Shown here: piece after piece, positions 62,807 through 64,000 of the stretch
Position numbering within the stretch: position 1 is the stretch's first letter
Layout of the letters: each line of letters starts with the position of its first letter
NCBI GenBank assembly: GCA_043228905.1
Contig: JBHGNT010000009.1
Coordinates: 8,742,001-8,806,000, forward strand
Direction: 5' to 3'
Source: Azolla caroliniana
Taxonomy: Eukaryota; Plantae; Polypodiophyta
DNA length: 64,000 bases
Notes under the pieces: generated by a model
Database searches by the model: none
What the model saw: the letters and a program-made list of their open reading frames with translations, nothing else
Told to the model about the DNA's origin: nothing
Translations under genes and position numbers: made by a program

Positions 62807-64000
62807 TGTCGTAGTGTATTCCACACACTACGTGAAAACCATAAAATAATATATCCGATTTTAGATACATATAACTAGATAAATAATATGTCAAAAGAAT
62901 TTATCACGTGCATAGGGCAAGATTCGAACCATGCACCTCCACATAGATAAACCCCAACTTTACCATTGTAATAACTTATCTTTAGTGTTATAAATATAGA
63001 TTTAATACATATAAGACCTTTATTTACACATACCTTTATTAAAAGGTAAAAATCATGTATTCTTTAGAGTGTGAATATTTTATTTACACGTGACATTAAA
63101 AGTGACTCATGCACATCTAGCGTGCATGAGCCCTATATTTAGGAAATGACAAAGCATCACATGCACATTTAGTGTGCATGGACACTTTAGGTAAAAAAGC
63201 ATGAAGCCATGCTTAGCCTCTTCCATCTTTATATAAGGAGGAGAGAAATATGTATATGGTTGTTGATTAATATACAAGGGGATTGATCAATCTAATATAT
63301 TCGGGGGGATTCACGAATTTTGCCATCTAATTGCTCTTAGAATCTAAATATTGTTTTAATTACACTAAACTCGTGGGATTCACGAGATTGCTATCTTACT
63401 TCTCTTTCCACTATTCATAACTGGCCTTAAGTTGTATTCCTCTTCCTCCTAGTCAAAAACCTCGGCGGTTCCCACCCGACTCACGCAACGATCCGGAGCC
63501 GAAGGGCACGACAACGTGGAAGAGAAGAAGATTGATGACGACATCATTGAAGAGCTAGCGAAGAAGTTCGAGAAGGTCACGCTAGCCAACATGAATCGTC
63601 GGGGCCCTAAGGGAAAAGAACCCTTTAGATGCGTGTGGTGCGATAGCATGGACCACATGAGAAGGGATTGTGCGAGCCTTCGAGAGGCGATTCGACAAAA
63701 TATTGTATACATAGAGGACAACATTATCTGCTCAAGCGAGACTAGAAGACCCCTACGGGTGAATTTCGGAAGAGGAGGAATGAAGAAATCTATGGAGGAT
63801 GTCGATGCGACTCATGTGGATGCGATGCACTATGCTGCGTCGGTCGGAATAAGAGTCGGGAAAGACAAGACTGAAGCTGCTAGAGCGGGAGCAAAGTTTT
63901 GGACTTCCGTTCTCGAATATGAGAAGAAGGGAAAAATCACATCGAACGAGGTAGAGCTTGCGGACCGAAGCGTGCAAAGCATAACTGGGTGGTCGGATCC

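Larger units (their letters stand above)
57085..63513 (+). mobile_element. Young Ty3/gypsy (no chromodomain), LTRs 57085-57791 and 62807-63513; integrase core deleted
   Basis: 707-bp LTRs TGTCGT...ACGACA with ~3 differences by eye; TSD ACGT/ACGT; PBS TGGTGAACCCGACGTGAA 57796-57813 (complementary to the 3' end of plant tRNA-Trp as I recall it); PPT GGAGGGGGCGAG 62795-62806. Confidence 0.97.
55654..64000 (+). mobile_element. Older gypsy of the tRNA-Trp-primed group (5' LTR 55654-56316; gag from ATG 56372, split at 57084, resuming ~63518 and leaving the window)
   Basis: TGTCGTG...CGCGACA; remnant PBS CGACGTGAA; gag GQFDGRNVTKFL...YFLKAVD; resumed part has knuckle RCVWCDSMDHMRRDC. Confidence 0.88.

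Overview
A 64-kb eukaryotic window made almost entirely of nested retrotransposons. A non-seed land plant such as a fern is my inference from the element types. I found no convincing host gene. Ty1/copia content: one very young intact element (20253-25683, 659-bp LTRs, TSD GGATG), a near-intact one with a single gag stop (39201-44655), and several decayed copies and solo LTRs. Other content: chromovirus remnants, a non-coding LTR element that appears to self-prime and carries a 48-bp hairpin array (13670-15962), a tandem array with 5S-rRNA promoter cores (Cassandra-like), LINE remnants, and a ~1-kb foldback that looks like an LTR (52718-53758). The most striking signal is a tRNA-Trp-primed Ty3/gypsy lineage with six insertions here. 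It makes 4-bp target duplications centred on CG, and most of its LTRs carry an antisense tRNA-like (Pol III A/B box) module. Its youngest copy is almost free of CAG/CTG while rich in CG, and has a G_GAU_UUU + pseudoknot -1 frameshift signal between protease and RT. All alignments and counts were done by eye, and lineage names are unverified.
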